A stretch of 60,097 nucleotides of DNA from assembly GCF_018977255.1 (NCBI RefSeq), contig NW_024705237.1, positions 1 through 60,097 on the forward strand, in the 5' to 3' direction. The notes beneath the pieces were generated by a model. It searched no databases and was not told the origin of the DNA. It saw only the letters and a program-made list of their open reading frames with translations. Shown piece by piece: positions 13,741 to 25,616 of this stretch. This DNA is from Callorhinchus milii (taxonomy: Eukaryota). The translations under genes and the position numbers were made by a program. The stretch's first letter is position 1. The number at the start of each line of letters is the position of its first letter.

Positions 13741-14034
13741 ATGGAAACGTCCTCACGCTCAAGTTGTACCCGAGGCAAAGCGACCTCCAGCTATGGCGCC
13801 ATCTTTTCGCAGAAGCTGTCGCTGAGGCTGCTGCTGCTGTTGCTGCCACCGCTGCTGCTGCTGCTGAATGTGGCCGTGGCACAGCGCGAGAGCGCAGGCC
13901 GCGCGTCCGTCCTCTCGATGTTGCGGTGCAAGCAGGTGGACGTCGCCAAGAACCTCTCCTCCGGATACGGGTGCTTCTGCCACGCGAGATTCCGCCACGC
14001 AGAGCCCCAGGACGAATTGGACTTGTGCTGCATG
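13741..14034 (+). CDS. Secreted PLA2-like repeat protein, coding exon A (signal peptide and N-terminal half of the PLA2 domain)
   Basis: Polypyrimidine/CAG acceptor directly before 13741. Leu-rich signal peptide (LRLLLLLLPPLLLLLNVAVA). sPLA2 motif MLRC..YGCFC..P.DELDLCC. Phase-0 donor ATG|GTGAGG at 14034/14035. Confidence 0.85.
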
Positions 14035-14597
14035 GTGAGGCTTGGCTGGGGGTAATTCGTAGAGTGAGTGAGAGAGGCACCGATGCTGCGTTGGGGCGAT
14101 GGATAAAGGCCTCCCCAAACCGGATTTGCGATTGTCTCTCACAAAAACACTCATGATATAGATTTATGTATTATATGATTTTTCATAGAATTAGGACCCA
14201 TATCTAAAAAATCCTTACCCGATAAACATCTGGTAGATCACCAGCATTGGTCTAAGCCAGCGTGACTTGTGGTGATACACTGTACGTTGAGACCAGTCCA
14301 GAGTTTGCTTGTGTTCAACCCATGCTGGTTAAATTACGCACTCACAGAATGCCGTGTAGATAATGGGATGTGTTGAAAATTTTTATATTCATGTGGAGGG
14401 AGCGATATGTCAAGGAGGCATATTATCTTCTTATTTATTTCATCCATAAGTGGATTGACAAAGAGCTGTGAGAAAGAAACGAAGTTTCCTTGTTTCAGTT
14501 CATTTAGTTAATCCAGGTTCTCACCAATTTCATACTAAAACATCTGCCTGTCTGCCCACATGTTCCTTGGTCCATTCGTTCATCCCCGTGGCTAAAG

Positions 14598-14945
14598 ATG
14601 GCCCACTGCTGTGCCCGCGCCGCAATCCTCGACTACTGCCAGTCGGAGAGTGGCCTGCAAACGCTCGAGGCCAAACTCAAGGAGCAGCCCTCCTGCAAGA
14701 CACATCGGCCTGCGGCATCACGCAAGACCGACGAGCGTTCGGAGGCCACGGTGACCCGAGATGCCGTGGTAGAGGTGCTGGAGGCCGTGACAGAGGAGTT
14801 GAAGGAGATGACTGTGAAGGAAAAGCAAAGAGTGGAGCGGGAGGCCAACACGACGTGTGAGCGGGTGCTGTACGAGTGCGAGCGGGCGTTGTACATGTGC
14901 GCCAGCGATGCACCTGTGCGGCCTGATTTGGTCGGGCTCCCCCAG
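14598..14945 (+). CDS. Secreted PLA2-like repeat protein, coding exon B (C-terminal half of the PLA2 domain)
   Basis: AAG| acceptor in phase 0. Reads MAHCC..DYC..PSC..TCERVLYECERALYMC, matching sPLA2 C91-x6-C98-x6-C105 spacing. GC3-rich. Donor CAG|GTGAGT at 14945/14946, phase 0. Confidence 0.85.
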
Positions 14946-14987
14946 GTGAGTGCAGGTTGCTTCGAGATATTAACTACCTCGTGGGGT

Positions 14988-15255
14988 GCCACGGTGGCGA
15001 GATATTAACTACCTCGCCTGGTATTCAGGAGGTCGTGGGTTTGATCCCGACCCTGACGCCTGTATATTTGGAGTTTTCATGTTCTCTCCTTGGTTGTGTG
15101 GATTTTTCTTCGGGTCCTCCGGTTTTTCCCTCCTGATTTACATATTTGGCTGCTATAAATTTCCACATAAGCCACTTCATTGAGCTGTCATTTGTGGCCA
15201 AGTCGCTTCTAAAAATGAGCTATATAGCTCAGTGGGCCTTACCTGGGAAAATAAA
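14988..15255 (+). mobile_element. V-SINE-like SINE (family A)
   Basis: tRNA-like head with B box GGTTTGATCCC, V-domain-like core GGAGTTTTCATGTTCTCTCC..GGGTCCTCCGGTTT, A-rich tail. Confidence 0.85.
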
Positions 15256-16368
15256 CATTGTTATGTTTATAGTTTAATAGTATTTTTTTTATTCACACAC
15301 TGAGTATGGATTGCAAATTAAATGGGGTTTTTGGATTGGCACGTGATCTTTAAAAAAATACTTAAAACGAATTCTAGCTCCACATCGGGTGTTTACATGA
15401 ACAGGCACAATTTAATCAAAAATATTTTATTGTCTATATTCAACACAGGCCTAAAGCCCCATAATGCAAAGCAGCCAGCAACAAAACATGAATGATAAAT
15501 ACAACACATAGTATCGCCCCAATGCTCATTCGAGCAAGAAATCACCGACCGACTTTTTGGAATAGAGCAAGTCTATAAGAACTTGGGAAAATAAACAATG
15601 GGAGTTCCAAAATCAGAAACTAAGGGCACAGCAGATAAGATGAGATGTATAGACTTTATTGAACAACTTTGTAGAAACTCGGTGAAAGAGATGATAGAAA
15701 ATAACTCCTCAGTCGAACAGGTGAGAACAGGAGAATGTTAAATCTCCTGCAGTGTAGTTGTTGGACACAGTAGGGATACCAGGAAATTGTCATCTTGATA
15801 GGAAGGGCATCAATGTGTGAATTTCCTGGGCACAATGATTGGTCGTGCCCATTAAAGAGTGATAAAGAAGTAAGACAGCAACTGCAGTGAATCAATGTGT
15901 GCAGGAGGACCATTTAACTGAACTGCTCTGTTAAATTGTACAAGCAGAATTTACAGTATTCTGACCAATTCAAAACAGTGCTTATCATAGGATCTGCACA
16001 TGTCGCATGTACATCACGAGATGTCCCACACAAGTTTGAGGTTCACTTCATCATTTATTTTCAAGTTATAGTAAGCGGTGTATCATTGTGGCACTTTAGT
16101 GACGTCGCGAGACCTTTTTACAATTCAAGTTGAGGGAGCTGGATTAATTCTGGTATGGTAGGACTATAACGGATGGAGATGACATGCAGAGACCTTCATC
16201 CTGCAGTGGCTATACAATGATTGATGATGATTAATCGTATTTTATAGCCCTTAGACACAAATGAATGCATGAAAAATGAGTGTAAGCTTCTATCTTAATG
16301 AATTATAACATACCTAATGTTTGCCAACCCTGACACTCTCCCTTGTCGATACTCCCGCCGGCCTCTAG

Positions 16369-19300
16369 GATGAGGTCTGCAGGGCCAATATCGACCGGCC
16401 AGTGTGCTCGCTGGAGCCAGCACCGACCAACCAATCTACAGCCATACCTACCACCAGACCTGTTACTGGACTCACAAAACAAATTCCCAGTTCTACAGCC
16501 AGACCTACAACCAGTTCTATTACTAGACTCACAACAACACCTACCACCAGTACTACAGCCAGACCTACCAGCCGATCTTTTTCCTGGCTTACAACCAGCT
16601 ATTCGACCAGTTCTATAGCCAGATCTTCGAACAGATCTTCTGACAAATCGACAGACAGGTTCACTGAACATTTACTCAATCTGATTACTGGAAGCGAAGA
16701 GACCTCCAGAGAAATGGTGACAGGAAATGTACACTCAGCACAAAACCATGTTTGGCAACCATCCCATCTCAGAAGCGGTGATGCACACTCACACATACAA
16801 CACCTGGACCCCATTCTCAGGGTTGATAGTGATCTTACACCGAGACAATACCTGCAGCACATTCTGAGGGTTGACAAAGTACACCCACTCAGACATCATC
16901 CATGGCCCAATCTCGCTCTTGGCAGCACACATGCACACCGACAACATAGCCTCACCTGTGACCGAGCACACCCACAGACACGACAGAGTGACAATACACC
17001 CCAAGAGAGACAGCACAGTCTCAGAAACAGCGTATTGCACTTTCTGAAGCAACACCGTAGATACGCTGATTCGAACCTATACAAACAACACCGACCCATT
17101 CATGGCATTGCACATAAACGCATACAACTCTTTGACAGTACATACCCACACAGACAACACCGTGTCAAGAGTGACTATACAGACCCAGAGATACAGCACA
17201 TTCCCACAGGCAACATAATGCGCTTTCTGGGCCAACGTCCTTTTAGAATTGACGATTCACAACCATACGGACGACACCCTCCCAGAGGTGGCACTACACA
17301 CCCACGTAGACACAGTGTCGAGGGTGACAATACACAGCCAGAGAGACAGCACATTCTCAAAGAAAGCATAATGCGCTTTCTTAACCAACGCCCTTTTAGA
17401 ATTGACGATTCAGAGCGATACGGACAACACCCTCCCAGAGGTGCAGCTACAAAACCACGTGGACAATACAGTTTTGCTGATAGCATCATCAATGGACCCA
17501 CATTTGCTGACGAGAAGAATGTGGGAGATATCATCAATGAACCAACGTTCACTGACGAGTACAATGCAAGAGACACCTTTAATCGACCCACATTCGCTGA
17601 CGAGAACAATGCGGAAGACATCAATGGACCCGACAGTACACACAAACACAGACAACTCCTTGACAGTACATACTCACACAGACAACACCGTGTCAAGAGT
17701 GACTATACACACCCAGAGAGACAGCACATTCTCACAGGCAAAACAATGCGCTTTCTGGGCCAACATCCTTTTAGAATTGACAATTCACAACCATACGGAC
17801 GACATCATCCCAGAGGTCCCAATAGACACCCACACGGACATTACAGTTTAGGTGATGGCACCATCAAAGGACCCATGTTCACTGAAGAGTACAATGCAAG
17901 AGACACCACCAATGGACCCACGTTCAATGACGAGAATGATGCGGGAGACACCATCAATAGACCCACATTTCTGACGAGAATGATGCGGAAGACATCATCA
18001 ATGGACCCGACAGTACACTCAAACACAAACAACTCCTTGAGAGTACATACTCACACAGACAGCACCGTGTCAAGAGTGACAATATAGAACCAGAGCGACA
18101 ACACATTCTCACAGGCAACATGATGCACTTTCTGGGCCAGCACCCTTTTAGAATTGACGATTCACAACTCTACAGACGACACCCTCCCAGAGGTGACAAT
18201 ACACACCCACTCAGACAATATAGTTATGGTGATGGCACCATCAATGGACCCACGTTCACTGACAAGAAGGCGGGAGACACCATGGATGAACTCACATTTG
18301 CTGACGAGAACAATTTAGAAGAAAGCATGGATGGACCCAGATTTACTTATGAGAACAATGCGGAATATACCATGCATAGACCCACATTCACTGACAAGAA
18401 TACGGGAGACACTGTCAATGGACCTAAATTCGCCGAAGAGAACAATGCGGGAGACAGCATGGATGAACCCACATTAACTTATGAGAACAATGTGAGAGAC
18501 ATCATGCATAGGCCCACATTCGTTGATGAGAACAATTCGGGAGATACCATCAATGGATCCACATTCGCTGAAGAGAACAATGCGGGCGACAGCATGGATG
18601 GACCCACATTCACTAACGAGAACAATGCGGAAGACATCATCAATGGACCCGACAGTACACGCAAACACAAACAACTCCTTGACAGTACATACTCACACAG
18701 ACAACACCGTGTCAAGAGTAACAATACAGATCCAGAGCGACAACACATTCTCACAGGCAACATGATGCACTTTCTGGGCCAGCGCCCTTTTAGAATTGAC
18801 GACTCACAACTATACAGACCACACCCTCCCAGAGGTGACAATACACACCCACTCGGACAATACAGTTTTGGTGATGGCACGCCCACATTCACTGACAAGA
18901 ATGCGGGACACACCATGGATGAACCCACATTTGCTGACGGGAACAATTTAGAAGACAGCATGGATGGACCCAGATTGACTTATGAGGACAATGCTGGAGA
19001 TACCATGAATGGACCCACATTCACTGACAAGAATACGGGAAACACTGTCAATGGACCTAAATTCGCTGAAGAGACCTATGCGGGAGACAGCATGGATGGA
19101 TCCACGTTCACTGACAAGAACAATACGGGAGACACCATCAATGGATCCACATTAACTACTCAGAACAATGCGGGAGACACCATGGATGGTCCCACGTTTA
19201 CTGACGAGTACAATACGGGAGACACTGTCATTGAACCCACATTCACTGACGAAAACAATGCGGGAGACACCATGGATGAAACCACATTTGATGACGAGAA

Positions 19301-20399
19301 CAATGCGGGAGACACCATGGATGAAGCCACATTTGATGACGAGAACAATGCAGGAGACAGGATGGATGGACCCACGTTCACGGATCAGAACAATGCGGGA
19401 GACACCATGGATCGATCCACATTTGCTGAAGAGAACAATGCAGGAGACACCATCAATCGACCCACGTTCACGGATGAGAACAATGCGGAAGACACCATGG
19501 ATCTATCCACATTTGCTGAAGAAAACAATGCGGGCAACAACATGGAAGGACCCACGTTCACTTATGAGAACAATGCAAGAGACACCGTGAATGGACCCGC
19601 ATTCGCTGATGACAATCCGGGAGACACCATGGATGAACCCACATTTGATGACGAAAACAATGCTGGAGACATCATAAATAGATCCACGTTTACTGAAAAG
19701 AAAAATGCAGGAGAAACCATTCACGAACCCACATTTGCTGACGAGAACAATTTAGAAGACAGGATGCATGAACCCAGATTGACTTATGAGAACAATGCGG
19801 AAGATACCATGAATGGACCCACATTCACTGACAAGAATACGGGAAACACTGTCAATGGATCCACATTCACTAACAAGAACAATGCGGGAGACACCATTAA
19901 TGGTCCCACGTTTACTGACGAGTACAATGCAGGAGACACCATCAATGAACCCACGTTCACTGACAAGAACAATACGGGAGACACTGTCATTGAACCCACA
20001 TTCACTGACGAAAACAATGCGGGATACACCATGGATGGACCCACATTAACTGATGAGACCAATGCGGGAGACACCATGGACGGACCCACATTTACTGATG
20101 AGACCAATGCAGGAGACACCATCAATGGACCCACATTCACTTACGAGAACACTGCAGGAGACACCATGGACGGACCCACATTCACTGACGAGAACAATGT
20201 GGTAGAATCCATCGATGGACCCACGTTCACTGATGAGACCAATTCGAAAGACACCATGGGTCAATCCAAATTCGCTGAAGAGAACAATGTGGGAGACAGC
20301 ATGGATGGACCCACGTTCATTGACGAGAGCAATGCGAGACACACCTTTAATGGACCCACATTTACTGATTATAACAATGCGGGAGACACCATCAGTTGA
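16369..20399 (+). CDS. Secreted PLA2-like repeat protein, terminal exon C (last two Cys, Ser/Thr stalk, His/Arg repeats, acidic repeats); one frameshift at 17970/17971
   Basis: TAG| acceptor at 16368 is in frame with ORF 16402-18087 and gives DEVCRANIDRPVC. ORFs 16402-18087 and 18120-20399 join if one base missing from a repeat unit is restored (TTT-CTGAC versus TTTGCTGAC/TTCGCTGAC in sister units). Confidence 0.8.
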
Positions 20400-20420
20400 C
20401 CCACGTGTACTGACCAGAAA
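17130..20420 (+). repeat. Coding tandem repeats: 45-bp unit (GPTFTDENNAGDTMD) interleaved with a His/Arg-rich ~55-aa block
   Basis: Units visible directly in DNA and protein. The block DSTYSHRQHRVKS..ERQHILTGNMMHFLGQHPFRIDDSQ..HPPRG recurs near 17133, 17310 (partial), 17660, 18040 and 18680. Confidence 0.95.
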
Positions 20421-20640
20421 ATGAGGGACACACTCTTGACTGACAAGAGCAATGTAAGCTACACTCTGGATGAAGCCAGCCTCGCCCAGGGCCTCATCAA
20501 GTGATGATTAACAGTAATGCATCACTTCCACCGCTGTCACCACCATCACCAAGAGCATCACTGTGTCGGAACTGAGCTTGCAATGCGAGTATCTTTCAGT
20601 TACAGTCCTGTATGCAGTCATGTGAAAACAAAAAATGTAA

Positions 20641-20646
20641 AATAAA
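20641..20646 (+). terminator. Polyadenylation signal of the PLA2-like gene
   Basis: AATAAA ~240 nt after the stop codon, followed by a T-rich stretch. Confidence 0.55.
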
Positions 20647-21330
20647 ATAATAATAATAAATCACGTCTATTTTTATTATATATATACTTTACATCCACTT
20701 ACTTGGTCTCATTCACTTACCATTGTTCACTCAATCCCAGCTAATGCTAGCCTCCCCTTTTCTCCACTTATTCTCTACACATTTTTTCATTTATTTTTCT
20801 TCACCTCTTAACCATCATCCAGCCGTCCTCATCTATCTTCAGGCTGCAATGTCCACAATGGAGAGGGGCTATGAGATAGGGTTCAAGAGGCACATTGATT
20901 TTTAGCAGGCCAAGATTTTGTTGCAGAGCTTCACGGTTCGACTCCAGCGGCTGCCCTGGTTACTACTGAAGCGCCATCTGTTTTCACAGTGGACGTTAAA
21001 GTTCCCGTGACATATTTTGCAATAGTAGACCATTGTGTGTGCCAGAGTCATGGTCCAAATTTTGCCAAATAAAAAAAAATACCCGCAAATGACTCAATTG
21101 GTATTTATCAAAACGAGCATCGCCCCCGAGAAACCCTGGCAGGAGCCTCCTGCAAAGAGTCATGAGATGGGGGAGGCTTTCCTGGGCAACCAAGCACACT
21201 CATACAGATAAAGAGCTTGGAAACTCCTTTAGAAGAGAAGATAAATAATTCGTGAGTTTAAAGAAAATGGTATTTTATGCATGAGTGATATCTATATTAA
21301 TATGGGAATCAAGGACAAACCTTTTTCATT

Positions 21331-21403
21331 GGCTGTGTAGGGTAGTGGTGGGTTTAACGACACACTTATGTTTATGCAATCTAACCCAAAAAATACCTTT
21401 ATT
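21331..21403 (+). mobile_element. 3' end fragment of Penelope-like family B
   Basis: GGTGGGTTTAACGACACAC..CAATCTAACCCAAAA matches the reverse complement of 58585-58645. Confidence 0.6.
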
Positions 21404-22658
21404 AAGGAGCTAGATGCTAACTTAGCCGCTCAATAGTAAGTTGCTGTTATTTGACTAGAGGTGTTTGAGATATGGCGAGTGATTGCAACACAAAAGGAGG
21501 ATATTAAAGGAATTATCACCACCACCATGAGGATGACTCGGGATGTACGCTCATGTTGAGGCACGCGGTGTGGGCAGAGCGGTGGGAATGAGTTGGCTTC
21601 GCATTCTTCAGCAAGTGGCTTCGCGCTCTTAAGTGGGAGGCACCGTAGACATCGCGGTGGTACAAGGACGGCGATGACCTCACGCATCGCGAACGTGGGG
21701 GGATCAGTGAGGCTGTCGGTATTTATGGGACCTTTTTTTCCGTATCAAAACGATGAAAAATAAGAAGAGATTTTATCTTTCCTGGCAATAAAACAGGAGG
21801 TGTTAAGATGTTCAAACACCAAAATAGATACGTTTTGCAAGGCATCAAGTCTGCATTAACCACAGATATTTGTGGCAAAACATGCAAATAAACATGCTCT
21901 GATAATAATTGCATTGTCCTTAAAACTAATTGGCCTACACCAGAGACAGCCTTCTTCATGGGTTATGGCCTGGTCTCACCACCAGTGTGAGACCTGAGAA
22001 TGCCAAAGGGTGAACAGTTCCAAGGCAATGGAAGTATCAGAACACTTCTAGCTCGGGTCCAGCAGTTATATCGATGGGACCTTTTTTCCAGTGTCAACTA
22101 TGATGCAGAATAAGAATAGGTTTTCGGTGTTCACAGCTCAACTAATTTACTATTATGCACCAGTATCCTATTATTATTATTTAAATGTTCTTCACGGTTC
22201 TGCGCATGCTGTATATCACAGTGAGCTATCTTGAAACTGAAACGTGCATTATCCTTTAATGAGCTCCCACTGAAGCATTGACTGTGACATAACCCAATGC
22301 TGCTGTCAATGCATGTGGTCATACAACTTAAAATACGTGTACACTGTTTTGAAGACCATATATAGCAGGATGTGATTGCAGAATGTATGACCTGGGCAGA
22401 TTATTCACACTGTGTAGCCTGAACATTTCTGATGGCAGATACGAGTATGACGGATTACAATGTAATGTGTTGAATACAATATTGTGTAAATGACACAGCC
22501 ACCAGTGGTACAATCTCGATCCACGTCGCCTCCTCCCTTGTGACGAGGACAATCAATGAAACGTTCTTTTTTTTTAAATCTGGCACTTTTACCAATAAAA
22601 ATCGCTTCGAGGAGCTGCACAGAAATAAATCATGAAATAAGACATCGTTTACACACCT

Positions 22659-22712
22659 TCGATTAGCACGGTTGGCTACGTACGGTGCGAAAGAAGCTCA
22701 ACATACACACGT
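22659..22712 (+). mobile_element. L2-like LINE extreme 3' end
   Basis: CGATTAGCACGGTTGGCTACGTACGGTGCGAAAGAAGCTCAACATAC; the same motif occurs about 12 times in the window. Confidence 0.7.
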
Positions 22713-23950
22713 ACGAGACAACCATCAAATAAATATTGAACGTACATTAAATACTGCTCGTTAGAAATGCATATAATATGGTTAATAAGTGTACAATCCT
22801 ATACAACTAAAAAAACAGGAATGGCAACATCTGAAAACCACTGTGCAATGAGATGACAAACACACATGATCAAATATCGTCGGGTGGAGTAAAGGGCTAA
22901 TGTGGGGCACAAGGCCTCTTTGTCCTGCTGCTCGCGTGTGGTCCGTCTGTTGAGCAGCAGACACGAGCAGCAGCAGCAGCAGGGCCTGTGCAGGAGGGCG
23001 CCAGTCCACACCTCCACCTCATCGTGGCTCAAGACGCTACTTCGGTTCGCACCACGATTGAAAGAGGTCTCTCACCCCCCCCCCCCCCACATTCTACCCT
23101 CAACATTCAGTCATTGGTCGTGTGCAAAACCACTTTAAAAACGAATTGTAAAAGAGAGATGGTAAATCCTGAAGATGCAAAAGCTGTCAACATGCATACG
23201 CATATAAATGTTTAAAAAATATATTTTAAAAGTAATGTTTTAAAAACTGCAGGACCCTCTGCGCATTCACAGATCCGAGGCGAATCATTCCCCAGCGTTG
23301 GGGGCTGTTGGAACCCTCTGCCACACCACGCATCCTGCCTCTCCGTTCGAGTGGCACACTCGGTAGACCTGCACCCTGTGACCCCCCCCACCCAGCCCCA
23401 CGTGTGATGCATGAAACAAGGGATTTAGAAAATCAAGAGCATGAATTGCCTCCTTCTGTCAAGCTGGGGTGCAATTCAATAATAAAACAGGCTTGTGATT
23501 GTATTTGCAGAAGTCTTCAGCAAATATATTTAAGACCACCGCTCTTAGCATGAATAAAGAATGTGGTTAACATTTTTAGTATTCTCTACCCCTGGGCTTC
23601 AATGGCTCGTGTTTTGAAAAGTGCTTGAACATGGCGTGGTATTCTACTGGGGATGTTAACCATCGGATTGGCTCGTGATTGGAAACTGCACGATCCATTT
23701 CATGCGAGTTACCCGGTTTGGGTTCTGAAGCTGCCAAAGTGGAGACTCTGAGAACTACATATACACCACTTAAAGGTACACTGTGTTATATGAGGCACAC
23801 ACACACACGCCGTACATAATACCCTGAAGGTTAACCACAGTTAACAGATACAATTTTTCTGCAGAGTAATTACATTTCACATTTCAGTCTTTGCTACTTA
23901 ACATGCTGCACTTAAAATGTATATAATTAACTATACTATAACAAAAAAAT

Positions 23951-24220
23951 ATTTTACTAGGTAAGGCCCACTGAGCTATATAGCTCTATTTCAGAAGTGA
24001 CCTGGTCATAATGATAGCTCAACAAAGTGGCTTATCACGTAGACATTTATCGCAGCCAAATACTCGAAACGCGTGTTCATAATTATAAATGTGGAAGGAA
24101 AAACCGGACCACGAGGAGAGAGACACGCAAACTCCAACTATACAGCAGGCGTCAGGGTCGGGATTGAACCCACGACCGCCTGCATACCAGGCGAGGTAGT
24201 TAACATCTCGCCACCGTGGC
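23951..24220 (-). mobile_element. V-SINE-like SINE (family A)
   Basis: Full-length match to the other copies. Confidence 0.85.
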
Positions 24221-25182
24221 GAGATGTATAGGTATCGTTGCATGTCGCTGAATGTTGTGAAGACAGCGCCATAGGAGACAGACCACCGAAACCTGGAGTC
24301 GAGCCAAACAGTCGGCACGCCAAGTCACTGGGGTCTGCCCTCAAGGGCGACGAGTGACTGCCATTTGGGCACAGTAGCCACTTCAACAACAACAACCAGT
24401 TCGGATTACACCCCGACCATAAGCCCATGATTTTCACAATTATTCTAGTGGCAACGCACCGCATTCCATTGATGTACCGTGCATGATGCAAATAACCTTT
24501 GAAAAGTAGCAAAGCAGTGTGTGTGTGTGCGATACAGTTTTCACCGAGAACATGAAACTTCACAAAGTCGTATCACTGAAGCAACCGTGACGGCCGTGTG
24601 TGTAGGCTCGCTTGTTGTTGCCATTACAGCCGATGTAAGATGCTTTTGGTGAAAAAAGTTGTAAGTGGAGGGAGTGTGTAAGGATGGCTATAAAACTAAC
24701 ATCATCCAAGCCCTTGCTGGACGCGGTTATTTTTGGTAGTGATTCTCCGGCGCCTTTGCACTGCGTTTGTACCAACTTCAGAAGTATGAAGATTGCACTT
24801 CGTAGTTTCATGCCGTATGTTTGTTGCCATGGCTGCGCTGCTGAGTAGAAACGAAACTTCATTACTCTACCAAACAAAAGAATGCCCCCCTTCTAGCCCA
24901 ACTGCGACTAGATGATATTGAGGCTGTACCAGGTATAATGCAGCAGTGGCTATGTGTGGACTGGCACCTGAATTCATTCCCAGCACCCACGGCTTACACC
25001 AGTGGCGAGCCATGTCTGACCCGATCCCTTCATTTGAAGTATCCCACACGGACCCCCGTGGTGAAGTATGGTCAAACAATTCCCCACGACTGATACAGCT
25101 GTTGGGAGGATCTTGCTATGGAGCCACACTGCTCTGCTGTGATTTTTCATGCAAGATTAACAATACATATTTGTTTCAATAA

Positions 25183-25616
25183 CACTGGTAAAAAAAAAAT
25201 TCTGGCCTGGACTTTTGCAACTTTTTTAGACTAATTTAAGGGTGCTGATTCCAAATCTTATCTCAGATTTGCTCTATCACATCTCATTTTATGCTATCGA
25301 CATACCCATTTTCATTGATTTTACCCGAAATTAACTCTGTCACTTATGATTGCAAGTTGTTGCGAGTCAGTGACTGCTTTAGTGTTAAAATATGGTGCTG
25401 TATTTTTAGGATAGTGTGTTTATAATATAATTTTATGTAGATATCCACATTTATTTAATATTTTTCTTCTGCCGTTTTTATTGAAAATGCAATATTTGAT
25501 ATCTCAAAAACCTGATGTGATAGACGAAAACTAATGCCTGATTTGGAATCAGCACCCAAAATTACCATAAAAAAGCGTTGGAATACCTTATGCCAGAAAA
25601 AGTGTGTTGACCAGTG
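25183..25616. mobile_element. Non-autonomous Chapaev3-type DNA transposon
   Basis: CACTGGT...ACCAGTG termini, TAA target duplication (25180-25182, 25617-25619), inverted subterminal GGTGCTGATTCCAAATC / GATTTGGAATCAGCACC and TCTATCACATC / GATGTGATAGA. Confidence 0.8.

Noticed and set aside
13741-20399. Naming the gene OC90 or PLA2G10
   Set aside because: Only one PLA2 domain, dead active site and a novel tail; orthology needs phylogeny and synteny.
17175-20424. Antisense and alternative-frame ORFs over the repeat exon
   Set aside because: Shadows of the 45-bp coding repeat.
22900-23070. GC-rich CAG-repeat patch; signal-peptide-like on the minus strand, exon-like on the plus strand
   Set aside because: No ATG for the Leu-rich frame, no convincing splice pair, no recognisable domain.
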